This document shows, piece after piece, positions 50,933 through 64,000 of a stretch of DNA of 64,000 bases. Position 1 is the stretch's first letter, and the number at the start of each line of letters is the position of its first letter. Origin of the DNA: Octopus bimaculoides (lineage: Eukaryota); contig NC_068990.1 of NCBI RefSeq assembly GCF_001194135.2, positions 35,039,341 through 35,103,340 on the forward strand, given 5' to 3'. Both the position numbers and the translations under genes were made by a program. The notes beneath the pieces were generated by a model. The model did not search any database. It had not been told where the DNA came from and saw only the letters and a program-made list of their open reading frames with translations.

Positions 50933-51231
50933 GATGTATGCCACCAATTATTTCATTTTATGCAGCACATTTTCTTGTTCATACAGCCCGAATAATGATT
51001 CAGACGGAGCATCGATCCACGAGGTATCGTTGGGCTACAGGCACTCCGAATGTCTCTTTTTCCTACCACTAATCATAAAGAGTGGAAAAATATTTGGCAA
51101 GGTATCACAGACGACGCTAAAATTTCGCCTATTATACCAGCCTGGAGTTGTACTTTACGATCGATACCGGTGGTTAAGCACGAAAAATATATAACAACCG
51201 CAAACGATATATTAATACGCCAAGGCTAATT

Positions 51232-51368
51232 TAAATTCCACCGAGGTCAACTTTGTCTTTGATCCTTTCGGGGTCGATAAATTAAGTACCAGTTTCGTAC
51301 TGTGGTCGATCTAATCGACTGGTTCCCTCCCCAAAAATTTTGGGCCTTGTGCCTAGAGTGGAAAAGAA
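51232..51368 (+). mobile_element. SINE family B, 3' half
   Basis: ccgaggtcaactttgtctttgatcctttcggggtcgataaattaagtaccag...gggccttgtgcctagagtggaaaag. Confidence 0.75.
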
Positions 51369-51650
51369 TATGCCAAGGTTAAATGTGTGACAACGAAGGG
51401 AGATGTGAAAATAGAAAGTTAGTTAACAATGAAAGCTGTTGTTAAGTGGTCAAATATTGTTAAGTGTTAAGTTAAAGGAAAAGATAGTGGGGAAGACACG
51501 GAAGAAGAGAGAGACTTTCTTTAGTGAAGGGAATGTGGTATGGTTGAAGAGGGAGAAGGAGAGAGTGAGGAAGAGGGAGGGAGAGAGGAAGAGAGGGAGA
51601 GAGGGAGAGAGGGAGAGAGAGAGGGAGATAGAGAGAGAGANNNNNNNNNN

Positions 51651-51692
<42 letters not shown>

Positions 51693-52220
51693 AAGAGTGT
51701 TTGTGTTTACTCAAGGGAAAACATCATCGAACATTTCAATAGTACCACTTATACTCGAGTTTCGACATCAATGAACAAATAAAATAATTTGCCATCCGTG
51801 TCTCATCAATAAGGGTGCTATAATTAATGTATATTTGTGGAACACTGAAGACACACCTGTTCCATCTATATACATTATAATTTTTTCAAATCCACCGCGT
51901 AGGCGCAGCTACAATCAGTTGCAAGTAAAAATTACGTAGCAATGTTCTTAAAAATTATGAAAACTTTTACTATGAAAATATTTAGGGTAGAACATTCAGA
52001 GAAATATTCTACCAGTGGCCAGCATGCGTATATANNNNNNNNNNNNNNNNNNNNNNNNNNNNNNNNNNNNNNNNNNNNNNNNNNNNNNNNNNNNNNNNNN
52101 NNNNNNNNNNNNNNNNNNNNNNNNNNNNNNNNNNNNNNNNNNNNNNNNNNNNNNNNNNNNNNNNNNNNNNNNNNNNNNNNNNNNNNNNNNNNNNNNNNNN
52201 NNNNNNNNNNNNNNNNNNNN

Positions 52221-52274
<54 letters not shown>

Positions 52275-52859
52275 CTACATGGATATAATAGGCATTCCGT
52301 GACTAAGCTATGACACTTGTCCATTGTTTTTAGTTATGATCTGGAGCTGAAAATCGCTTGGATTAGTAGTGAATTTCTTTAATCATACAATCACGAATGG
52401 AACACCTAAGTTTTATAAGTAAATGTGAAACCGACCTACAGTTGGGATTAAAATCTGCGTTCTTATCGTTATATTACTTCCTCACCAGTAGATTTACCAG
52501 CTTCTGTTGCGGCAACATATGATTCTTTCTTTTCATTCTACAATCTTTGAGAACTCGCAATCAGGTTAATATATGGATATATTCTGGATAGAATGATTAA
52601 CAAGCTTCTGCTTGTATGTCATCTCCATAGGTACATGAAAGTATTAGAGTCGTGAATTACTGGCCATGAAATATAGGCAATATATTGCTGTTATAGATGG
52701 CCTTCTACCCTCTATACTTGAAATTGATATATTACTGTTATTATATTTTAACACCTAGGAGATGTGAATGATAAAAATTAACTCCAGTGGGACGTCAGTT
52801 ATGCCAGAGAAAATCGAAACTAAACGCAATGAGATTAATCTATCATTACATACTGCCAA

Positions 52860-53010
52860 AGTTTCCAGCGACTAAGTGGTGTCTGTCGCTGCTGGAAATA
52901 CCAGTCAAATGTTCCAAGAATCACACGTTACTGTCTCATAAAAGAGAGACAAACATTAAATAATACTGTTCTAAGTCTGAAGGAAGTAAAAGATGATCTG
53001 GGAGAACGTG
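52860..53010 (+). repeat. Family C interspersed repeat (degenerate)
   Basis: gctggaaataccagtcaaatg..aatcacacgttactgtc; its reverse complement resembles 44738-44790. Confidence 0.35.
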
Positions 53011-53049
53011 AGCTGAACTGGTATACAGCAAAAATGTACTACTGCATTC

Positions 53050-53242
53050 AAATTTTGGCACACAGCCAGCAAGTCCAGGGCCGGGAGTTTGCCACTTACA
53101 TCGACTCCAGTACTCAGCTAGTACTTAAAGGATGAAAGTCAATGTCAACTTCGGCGGTTTTTTCAACTCAGAACGTAAAGACGGACGAAACGTCACTAAG
53201 TACTTTTCCCAGCATGCTAATGATTCTGACATCCCGACACCT
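53050..53242 (-). mobile_element. SINE family B
   Basis: Reverse complement shows cagaatcattagcatgctggg...ttacgttctgagttg...ccgccgaagttgac...catcctt and a tgtgccaaaatttg tail. Confidence 0.7.
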
Positions 53243-54367
53243 TAATTAGGCAACAATATATTATCAATAGCTTGTATTCATGTCAAGATTCATATTTTTC
53301 AAAGAATAATTATCTAAATCAAAGCTGATGACTGGCTCGTATTTTAAAGATGCTCCATAGACTATCTCATCTAAAACATCAGCAGTGTTGGTGATGGTTT
53401 CGAAGAAAACGTGCAAATTATTGGTTAAAAAGAAGTCCAAAGCTGGGTATGTTTTATTAGGGAAAGTAGGCATAAAAGTAAAACCAACCCAGAGTTTTAC
53501 ATCTTAAACATAGCTCAACTCATGTTCTATTATGTATAAATAAGATGTTATGTACTAAGTTGCTTGAGAATTGCAATTTGCTGCCAAACTTTTCTGCGTG
53601 TTCACTAATCCTAAGGCCAACTTAGAACTAGTCAAAGCTGAATGAATAAAGATTTATGAAAACAGCAGTAAGGGGGGAAAGTAGTGAAATAAATGTGTAA
53701 CAGGTGAAAAAGTGGAAGATGTCAAGAGTAAATACCAAACTCATGTGATTTTAAAATTTAATTCATGGTTAGTATTTGTATTTCAAAGGAAAAGTGTTTA
53801 TATGTCCTTTAAAATAATTGAATGTACCAAATTGAACCTGCAAGTTACCAAGATGTCGCATAAATACACAAAAGCACACAGGGACATATACGCGCCCTTC
53901 CACATGTCCATCTTTTCTTCCATCTTTTCCTTTTCCTCTCTTTCTTTTTCTCTCCCTCTGTATGTTTATATATATATATATNNNNNNNNNNNNNNNNNNN
54001 NNNNNNNNNNNNNNNNNNNNNNNNNNNNNNNNNNNNNNNNNNNNNNNNNNNNNNNNNNNNNNNNNNNNNNNNNNNNNNNNNNNNNNNNNNNNNNNNNNNN
54101 NNNNNNNNNNNNNNNNNNNNNNNNNNNNNNNNNNNNNNNNNNNNNNNNNNNNNNNNNNNNNNNNNNNNNNNNNNNNNNNNNNNNNNNNNNNNNNNNNNNN
54201 NNNNNNNNNNNNNNNNNNNNNNNNNNNNNNNNNNNNNNNNNNNNNNNNNNNNNNNNNNNNNNNNNNNNNNNNNNNNNNNNNNNNNNNNNNNNNNNNNNNN
54301 NNNNNNNNNNNNNNNNNNNNNNNNNNNNNNNNNNNNNNNNNNNNNNNNNNNNNNNNNNNNNNNNNNN

Positions 54368-54409
<42 letters not shown>

Positions 54410-55145
54410 ACATACACACACATACACACATACACACACACACACACACACGCACACACACATACACACACATACACACCACACACAGTGTATATACATA
54501 TATATAATATATCTGATTGAGTAACAGTTCATCGGTTTTATTCGAACTGTGATACTTTGGAATCCGAAGTCCTAGCACAATATCAATCAAATCCGTGAAG
54601 GCAGTTGAAACATGAGCAAATACTTATATACGTACACATACGCTCTTGTCTCGCTCTGTATACGTACACACATACAGATATATGGATACACGTAAATACT
54701 CACATATTTGCAGTTCTATACGGGAACGCCGTTAACTATGCGAGTAAATTTATGTACATATGAGCGCGTGCGTGTGTTGACGTGTGTGGATGTATATACA
54801 AGTTGATGATCGTAAGATTTGTGAATTAATTTAAATTAGTGAAATAATTAATTAATCCTGCCTTCTATTTCCGTAATAAGAAAGGTTTGCATATATCTGG
54901 AATCTTTGAATAATTCCTGTTCATTATAGATCATTGGCATTCGACTGAAATAGCAATGATTTAATGAATTATTCGAAATATTGTATATGATTTATAGGAC
55001 AATTAGTCTGTACCAGAGATATTGTATAGCTGCAGTGTCTTATGTAAAAAGCAGAGTATTAAACTACCGGGATGGAGAGAAAGAACAGATAGATAAACAG
55101 ATAGTTAGATGCATAGATAGACGCAGAGATATAGAAAGAAACATT

Positions 55146-55197
<52 letters not shown>

Positions 55198-55480
55198 TAT
55201 AGACATATAGATAGATAGATAGATATTTATAGAAAGAGATTGATCATGAGTATTGGAATTAATGTGTACATATGAAATGAAGAAGATTAAGATGGAGGGG
55301 GATTCAGTAGAACTGAGCAAAATAAAGCTCTACTCCATATGTAGATATAAATATACGCACAAGCATGAAAATGTATATATGTATATTTACACACACATGC
55401 ATTTATTCATATGAGTGTGTGCGTGTGTGTACGCATGAACCTAACGCATACACACTCACTTATATCTCTTTCACTTTGTA

Positions 55481-55514
<34 letters not shown>

Positions 55515-56779
55515 NNNNNNNNNNNNNNNNNNNNNNNNNNNNNNNNNNNNNNNNNNNNNNNNNNNNNNNNNNNNNNNNNNNNNNNNNNNNNNNNNNNNNN
55601 NNNNNNNNNNNNNNNNNNNNNNNNNNNNNNNNNNNNNNNNNNNNNNNNNNNNNNNNNNNNNNNNNNNNNNNNNNNNNNNNNNNNNNNNNNNNNNNNNNNN
55701 NNNNNNNNNNNNNNNNNNNNNNNNNNNNNNNNNNNNNNNNNNNNNNNNNNNNNNNNNNNNNNNNNNNNNNNNNNNNNNNNNNNNNNNNNNNTATATATAT
55801 ATACATACACATATTTATATATGTACACACACACACACACACACACACTCACACACATATATATATATATATATGTATAACGACAACAGATAGATAAAAT
55901 ACGTGAGTTGATTATGAAATGGTATATACGAATGAAAGAGACGGAAATACATATAGAAGTGAGATGCTAGTACATGTACAGAGGAGATAAGTGGACACAG
56001 CATGTGCATAAATGTGTGAATTATCGGGAGATTATACCTATTGGTTGGATGCGTGTTAATTCGGGAAAATATCGGAGGGAGGGGGAGATTAAATATATTC
56101 CATATAACTATACGTTACATCTAATTCATCTCTGTTACTGATATTTGGGAATTTACAATAAATTGCTAATAATATAATATATTGACAGTGTATAATATGC
56201 ATTTGATATACAAATAGTGGTGGAGTATGAGATTTCCAGGCAATGAAGTTTGGGAATTGTGGCGTCCAAATATTTTCTAATTTAGTGCCGTTAGTGAAGG
56301 AATAATTTCTAAGGAATTGTATTTGAGTGGATGACTGTACACATTGGCAATTTATCACTTAGAATGTAAAATATATTCAAATGATCGCTGGAAGATTAGG
56401 AAATACACCATAGAACATATGGATTAGTTATCTCTGAATCAGCATATATTGCTACACCGATTTAAATACGTAATAGTGTTATAAATTCTGCAGAGAATAT
56501 ACGATTCTATCGACTGATGGATCTTGATTTCTAAGCGCACCGAAGCTTAATGTGAAACATTTTCCGTCGAAAAGGCAATTCTTTTAAATGAAATCTTTGA
56601 TTTAAATACTACAATAAATTAGTGTTTATAGAGAAGTAATTAATTCAGACACATTCGTCTTCGTAACATTTTGCCTGCACACTAATTACAAGGTCTATAA
56701 GAGTAGAGGATTTAAATTCTTGATTAATATTCCTTGGTCTATAAAATAGTTCTTTGTTCGGTGTGTTTCTCATTTAAAG

Positions 56780-56806
56780 CTGATATGATCCACCTCATTC
56801 GAAATG
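56780..56806 (+). CDS. Candidate 27-nt microexon
   Basis: tttctcatttaaag|CTGATATGATCCACCTCATTCGAAATG|gtaatc; phase 1/1; encodes DMIHLIRN. Confidence 0.22.
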
Positions 56807-57094
56807 GTAATCCTCCCCTTCTTTAGCGCATAATTTTTTGTCAATTCAGTATCCGATACACCAAATTTCAGTGATGAGAACCAAAACAGCCATTGTATAT
56901 AAAAATACTTCTTCCCTACATAGAAATTCATAATTACTGAGATATACTTTCTTATACAGACATATTTTTGGCGCAAATTTTACATAATATCGTGCATCAT
57001 TGTTTAATATGATATTCGTTATAGATTTGTGAGATATTTTCAGACACTATTATTAATGTTAACTTCGACAACATTGGTGTGTAATTACATTCAG

Positions 57095-57111
57095 TGGCCA
57101 ACGACGAGGAG
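57095..57111 (+). CDS. Candidate 17-nt microexon
   Basis: aattacattcag|TGGCCAACGACGAGGAG|gtatgt; in phase with the preceding candidate (joined reading DMIHLIRNVANDEE). Confidence 0.25.
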
Positions 57112-58009
57112 GTATGTGAAAATCGGTTGAATAAGATCTGTTTATGACATGATGCTTCATCCTTATTCTTATTTAATATTTTGGTTTATTTCTGCGCATT
57201 TTACATAAAATATGTATATCTTCTTTTCTTCGATGGAATTAGGTATTATATTAAGTGCAACTCTGCAGTGATAAAATTAGAATAATGTAACCTTTCCACA
57301 ACTTTCTTGCTCTCTCTCTCTCTCTCTCTCTCTCTCNNNNNNNNNNNNNNNNNNNNNNNNNNNNNNNNNNNNNNNNNNNNNNNNNNNNNNNNNNNNNNNN
57401 NNNNNNNNNNNNNNNNNNNNNNNNNNNNNNNNNNNNNNNNNNNNNNNNNNNNNNNNNNNNNNNNNNNNNNNNNNNNNNNNNNNNNNNNNNNNNNNNNNNN
57501 NNNNNNNNNNNNNNNNNNNNNNNNNNNNNNNNNNNNNNNNNNNNNNNNNNNNNNNNNNNNNNNNNNNNNNNNNNNNNNNNNNNNNNNNNNNNNNNNNNNN
57601 NNNNNNNNNNNNNNNNNNNNNNNNNNNNNNNNNNNNNNNNNNNNNNNNNNNNNNNNNNNNNNNNNNNNNNNNNNNNNNNNNNNNNNNNNNNNNNNNNNNN
57701 NNNNNNNNNNNNNNNNNNNNNNNNNNNNNNNNNNNNNNNNNNNNNNNNNNNNNNNNNNNNNNNNNNNNNNNNNNNNNNNNNNNNNNNNNNNNNNNNNNNN
57801 NNNNNNNNNNNNNNNNNNNNNNNNNNNNNNNNNNNNNNNNNNNNNNNNNNNNNNNNNNNNNNNNNNNNNNNNNNNNNNNNNNNNNNNNNNNNNNNNNNNN
57901 NNNNNNNNNNNNNNNNNNNNNNNNNNNNNNNNNNNNNNNNNNNNNNNNNNNNNNNNNNNNNNNNNNNNNNNNNNNNNNNNNNNNNNNNNNNNNNNNNNNN
58001 NNNNNNNNN

Positions 58010-58059
<50 letters not shown>

Positions 58060-58152
58060 GCATACATATATACATAATACGTACATAACGTACATATATA
58101 CATACACAATGTACACACAGACGTAAACGTAGATGCCTAGCTAGCTAGATAC

Positions 58153-58195
<43 letters not shown>

Positions 58196-58217
58196 CATAC
58201 ATACATACATACATACA

Positions 58218-58249
<32 letters not shown>

Positions 58250-60058
58250 GGCGCAGGTGAGAGTGAAATCTATTCTCAGACAAAATGACAGCCTGAATGT
58301 TTGCTATTAAGAGGTTTGAATGTTAAACCATTCGAAGGCAAAGTAGTGTTGTTAAACTGTGTGATGAATTGAATCTAGTAAAATAATCGAGTTTATGCTT
58401 TTGATTTAACGAACATATTATTGTTTCGAGTGTTTGTATGCATTTTGCTAAATTCTTTCGCCACAAGTGTAAAGCAGAAAATGTTTTGTAATGAATGTGG
58501 GATCATTCAATACTTCGAATGACCATTCCTAAGTATAAGCTAAAGGAACCGAAACAAACTCCTAGCATAACGACAATAATATAAAATAAGTTCAACAAAA
58601 TGAAAGAATACGGCTCGGCTATGCATTGCATCATTTTAAAAGACACCGCTAACGAGATGTTGATTAAATATTGCTGAACTTAACTTTTATTCACCTCATC
58701 TCCACAATTTCTGCAATTAGTTGTACATGTTTTCGATCTTTTCTAGTCAACTATGAATGAGTTTGGATAATTTTTTGATATAGCAGTAACTAAAAATAGC
58801 AGCCAAATCACCATCGAGCCACTCATTAAAGTGTTAAAAGAAGAAAGGACACATTTCGTTGTAAGGATGTAAGTTCTTGGCTTCAAGGATATCAGGAAAA
58901 GCCTGGTTGGAGGTCAAGAAAAACTGAAGGACCGTTGCAATAACTGTGTCAATCTGTGAGGGGAATATGTTGAATAGTATAGTATCATAATTAACTGATT
59001 CTCCTGTATTTTTCTTTTACCCAAAGCCAGAAACCTTTCATAACTCATATTAAATATAGTGTAGACGCAGCTGGTTCATACGTGTAATACCATTGATCAT
59101 CTTAATAAAACTGACCAGTCGCTAAACAACAACAAAACTCATATGACTATTGTTTAATTAAATTGGAAAATATGCCATTTTTCATTTAATTGTTTAGCTG
59201 TATCCTTTGAACAAATTATTTTTATAATTGTAAACGTAGGTTTATTTAGTACTGGGGTGTACAACATTATCATAACTACGATAACGATAACAAATATAAA
59301 ACAGAATACTGCTTAGAAATGTATGTCACCAGACTAAATTAAGTGAGAGATGCACATGTCATGAATAGATGAGATAAATGATGCTTTGTTCAAAGCTACT
59401 TGTCGGTAAAAGAGAAATTGAAAATAGTATCACTAAAATCATTATCCTAATTTCCTAACAATAAAAATACATCGGTTTCCATTCCGCGTACATAAATAAC
59501 ACTACACATCTTATGTATAATAGGATTATTCCAACGCTTCTTGTGAGCCGGCGATAATCAAGCTCAGCTAAGCAGTTAATTTCTTAGACGTAAATTTATG
59601 TTTATTAAACTTACAAGTGTCCATTTATGTGTGTAAAAATCACACGCGTACACACACATACACACATACTCACACGCACACACATACACACACGCACACA
59701 CACGCATACATATCTGTATGTTAGAAAGAATACGAGAGAAAGAACGAGAGTGTGTATTCTGATTTTGCTTTGGTTTGGTAGATTTTGTGGTGTTTGTTAT
59801 TATAAAACAGAAGTTATTAATCACGTTTTTCCACGAAATGTCTCTCGTCGATAATTGAAACCGTGTCACAAGTGTGTAATTCAATTTATTACTGCTAATC
59901 ACTAGATAGCGATACACAAGTTCCTATTTAGCCGGAATCAGTTGCTTCTGATTGAAATCTCCTTTGAAATCACACTTTTTGGCTGTTTTCTTATATTTTT
60001 ATTTCCTAATCTGACTTGGCTGTTGCATCACTCTTTCTTCTTTATGTCTTAATAATAC

Positions 60059-60179
60059 CATTTCCTTTGCTTTCTCCCTCCACCTCTTCATCTTCTTCTC
60101 TTCTTCTCGTTCACACTCTTCAAGTAGCACAGCAAAATCACTGCTAAAAGTAGCAGCACTGTGAACTATTAAGGAACAA
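60059..60179 (-). CDS. Candidate internal coding exon (charged, coiled-coil-like)
   Basis: Good acceptor ttcttcttatgtctttatttcag|; 121 nt encoding CSLIVHSAATFSSDFAVLLEECEREEEKKMKRWREKAKEM; donor ATG|gtatta. Lies within ORF 59999-60253. Confidence 0.35.
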
Positions 60180-61741
60180 CTGAAATAAAGACATAAGAAG
60201 AATTCGTTATCGAAATTCTGCAGGGAATTATCAACACATTTCTTTAAATTCAACTGATTTACCTCACATTCAAAATGGAAGTAGAAAGTAAAAAGGTTAA
60301 TTGCTGTTTGACATTTTCAAATTAACCTTGAGTGCTAAGAGCAATCATGCTGCGTATTCGTGAATGATTTCAGTAAAGTAAATTCTATAGCACAGAAATT
60401 TAGTGGGATGAAATGTATAGTGAAGTGCTTCCATATCGGTTCTGCTATTCTTTTGATACAGAGTAAAGCTTCTATGGTATATTTTGTTGTTTCTTACGTA
60501 AGTTATAGATTTCAGACGAATGTTTAATTACATTTTATCAAATTTTACTTTATGATATTACTGTCATAATTTCTAACTTATTATAGTAAATATCATTTCA
60601 GAACCAGGAGAATAAAACTCTGCAGGGTATAAAGAACTTAATTTCTGTTGTGCTCTCTGGAAATTCACGCTGATTTTGTAACAAAAGATGTGCTGCAAGG
60701 GATTTGAACCAAGGAATGAGAACAGATACCATATTTGGTAATTGAATTAGAACGTTGATCCTATTTATCACATGTTAATCAATTAGCTTCATTCCTCTGC
60801 AAAGTGCGTAGCCATGACTTTGTGGTTAAGACGTTCGTTTCACAACTGCGTGGTTTCCAGCTCGATCTCACTACAGTGTCTCGAGTAAATACGTACATTC
60901 AACCACAGATGCAATTCAACCAAACCCACATGGGATTTGATTGTCGAACAGTGTGGAAGTTCAATCGCTAGGCCGTTACTCTTTTGGGTTGGTATGAACC
61001 TAACATAGTCCTTTCGATTTCATTCTCTTTGAACAACATCACCAGATCTATGAGTGTACTTCATGGTTTTGATAAAGATCTCTGGTGATCTTCTTTCTTA
61101 ACAGTCATAGAGGTCCTATCCAGGGTCATGTATGATACCATTTCTCTTCTGAGTTAGTTATTAAAAACTATAATTTAAGAAAATTGCTGGAAAGAAAAAA
61201 TGGCAATAAAATAAAGAGTAATATAGGATCAGAAATAATAAACCCTTATGCTACTTTAATATTCTGTAATATGGAGGGCTAGTTATGTTAATACACCCCA
61301 TAATACTAGTTATTACAATACAAGGTGTTTTGGAGTATCAGTTACCTCTATTTAGATCTTACCCTATTCATCTTCAGCTGCTATAAATTCTATATTTGAA
61401 ACTCCAATTAATCAGTCGCAAAGTCAAACTTTCACCTGAGTATGTATGTGTGTGTGTGCAAATATATGAATATTAACGCGGTTATAATATACAAATAATC
61501 CAGATATTTGGTGATAAATATTTATAACTATGTCGTTTTTAGATTTGGTTTGCAAGATCCTTTATGTGAGTTCGTGTGTTGAAGCTTATACTGTTGTGTA
61601 TGGGGAGAATCATTCTTTTTTAGTGCCTTATAATTTAACATACTCACTGATAAAATTTCCACTTATTTCTTTCTTATTTTTCTAAAATTTTCGCTGCATC
61701 TTGCAACCTTTTCAATAATTTTCACTCTTATTTATAAATAC

Positions 61742-61866
61742 ACCTGCTCTTTTAATTAGCTTTGTAAGTAGCTTAGCATTCTGCAGACATGTGTACTATT
61801 ACCACAATTCCCTGGCAGTAAGGCAATATGGCAGTATTAGCATGTCCCTTGAATTACTGGTATAAT
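61742..61866. repeat. Direct repeat copy 1 (~125 bp)
   Basis: Matches 62797-62912, including identical cagacatgtgtactattaccacaattccctggcagt. Confidence 0.9.
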
Positions 61867-61870
61867 CTTG

Positions 61871-61956
61871 TAGAAAACAAACACACAAATTGAATACCTA
61901 TAGAAGACAAACACACAAATTGAACACCTATTGAAGACAAACACACTAATTGATAC
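61871..61956. repeat. 30-bp minisatellite, about 3 units
   Basis: tagaa(a/g)acaaacacacaaattgaa(t/c)accta repeated at 61871, 61901 and 61931. Confidence 0.92.
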
Positions 61957-62796
61957 AGGCACACGTCTGCACACTACACACACGTTACGTACCCCACACC
62001 ACATAGTTAACCTATACATCTAGAACTTACGTACATATATACACATATATATTGACATTCGCAAAATTACATGTATTTATAAAGGCATACATATATACAC
62101 ATGCACAAGCATACATATATATGCATATACACATGTGCCAAATGTATGCGGTTAAAAGTTCAAATGCATTGTTCTATATAAAACATATAGGAATCTCACA
62201 TTCCTGAAATTCCTTTTTGCTCGCAAGCAGAAATACACACATTTACATACGTAGACACCTGCGCACACCAAGCACACATACACACACGCGCACACACAGG
62301 TACACACACATCCACACATACATCCGCACACAAGCTTAAAATGATGTACTTGCAGATAAAGAATTACAAGCACATTCACGTTCACGCATCGATATTAATA
62401 CAAAAGCTTATATGCGTGCATAGAATCATACACATAGGCACGATTTTGCACTTTTATAGTAGCACTTGCCGGCACCGTATGAAACACAAAAATCTAAAGA
62501 AATATGTAAGTATGCGCAGACATTTAAATACACAGACATACGTAGATAATTTGCAAATTTTAGCTAATAGACGCTGATATATACACACAAAGATAATTAT
62601 ATACTTCGATAAAAAGCTAGAGAGCGAATAGACACGTGTACTCTCACACACATAAACACACACATACAAATACACAAACACACACATGCATACATGCATA
62701 CATACATGACACGCACACGCGCACACACACATAAGGTAAACAAATGGATCTCTTTCAGTACTGTGACCTGGATTCAGATGTTGGCTGCGCAGAATT

Positions 62797-62912
62797 ACCT
62801 GCTCATTTAATTAGCATTGTAAGTAGCTTAGCATTCCACAGACATGTGTACTATTACCACAATTCCCTGGCAGTGTGGCAGTATCAGCTTATGTCTTGAA
62901 TTACTAGTATAA
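62797..62912. repeat. Direct repeat copy 2
   Basis: Second copy, about 1055 bp downstream, with a ~9-nt indel relative to copy 1. Confidence 0.9.
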
Positions 62913-63220
62913 CCCATTTGACAGGGTCATGCGCTCAATTTATTTAGGCAATTTTTATTTCCGGGATCAGGAGGCAACAAAAATTATTTCTTACTTCAAA
63001 ATGGGATTGTCTCAGATGGCAATTCCTGCATCACTCTTGTAATGTTAGTGGATTTTCTGACGATATCATAATCATGTCAAGAACTACTATAGTGATCGAT
63101 AAGAAAATAAACAAAACGAGGCCATCGAAACACCAGAGAAAAGCGGGAATAAAACCGTTGATACATATTAAAAGCCACGTATTTCTCCCCAATATCTCTA
63201 AGCTATCGTAATATCTGTTT

Positions 63221-63368
63221 AAAATTTTGGCACTAGGCCAGCAAGTTCGGGAATGGTGGCAAGGCATTCACTTCGATATTAGTACTCAACTGGTACTTCT
63301 TTTCTCGACCGTGAAAGCATAAAAGGTAAAGTCGACCTCAGCGGAATGTGAACTCAGAATGTAAAATG
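63221..63368 (-). mobile_element. SINE family B, 3' part
   Basis: Reverse complement ttctgagttcacattccgctgaggtcgactttacctttt..tttcacggtcgaga...gtaccagttgagtact...ggcctagtgccaaaattt. Confidence 0.7.
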
Positions 63369-63631
63369 CTATCATAATATTACAAACATTTCTTGAGGAG
63401 AGTAGGAATAAAATTACTATTTAGATGATAAATATTAATGATATTCAAGGGACTATTTAAATATGGTAAATTGCATGCTACGCTATCTACAGCGTGGCTG
63501 CAATCACTCTGAAGAAGCACCAAGATGCAGTGTGCAGTGCACGCGCTCATAAAATATATCAATATGTTAAATCTCAGGTCTAATTATTGTGACACAGTGT
63601 GACTAGGTTGAACCATTAATGCGAAAGTACA

Positions 63632-63790
<159 letters not shown>

Positions 63791-64000
63791 CGTTATTAAT
63801 AAATAATTTACTTAGCGATCATGAAAGGCTAAAGGCAAAGTTGATCACTACTGTATTTAAAATAATAGAGCAGACAACTGGGTCAAATATCTTAAGGCAT
63901 TTATCTAAATTACTAGGGACTATACAAAAGAGTTTTACATACATATATACATACATAAATGCATGCATGCATACAGGCATACACACATACATACGAATAT

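Noticed and set aside
5070-58118. All ORFs longer than about 150 aa in the track that are dominated by X
   Set aside because: They stay open only because they span N-gaps; the flanking residues translate microsatellites.
59930-60000. Apparent frameshifted continuation KKTAKKCDFKGDFNQKQL of the 60.1-kb ORF
   Set aside because: The DNA (aatctcctttgaaatcacac) resembles family C repeat rather than coding sequence.
943-62732. Low-complexity ORFs (HTHT, YIYI, CVCV, MYVC, poly-I/L/S/Y/N, ERER)
   Set aside because: Translations of di-, tri- and tetranucleotide repeats, with no evidence of coding.
63563-63576. atgttaaatctc, matching the family F terminus
   Set aside because: Only a 12-13 nt match in AT-rich DNA with no further homology; could be chance.

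Overview
Eukaryotic, AT-rich, microsatellite-saturated draft-assembly DNA with many N-gaps. The repeat families match my recollection of octopus (coleoid cephalopod) genomes; that assignment is unverified. I found no intact protein-coding gene, rRNA, tRNA or CRISPR array, and almost all long ORFs in the track are artefacts of N-gaps or simple repeats. The interpretable content is mostly transposon fossils: two clear and one doubtful mariner transposase remnants, six R4/Dong-like RLE-type non-LTR fragments (three stacked in (AAT)n tracts), one CRE-clade fragment, four Penelope-like (PLE) RT/GIY-YIG fragments, and about 15 SINE or SINE-like copies in at least four families. The most unusual structure is a small non-coding repeat family, called family F here. 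It occurs as a 345-bp-period direct pair next to a degenerate hammerhead-like motif (14.55-15.12 kb) and as two asymmetric foldbacks (19.43 kb, 46.8 kb). Both foldbacks stop at the homologous position, leave a ~40-nt unpaired tail and sit between (TA)n runs, which is the architecture known for inverted PLE pseudo-LTRs. There is also an unidentified decayed ORF (12.8-13.4 kb) and a few low-confidence candidate exons. Coordinates were read by eye; the boundaries of degenerate elements are approximate.
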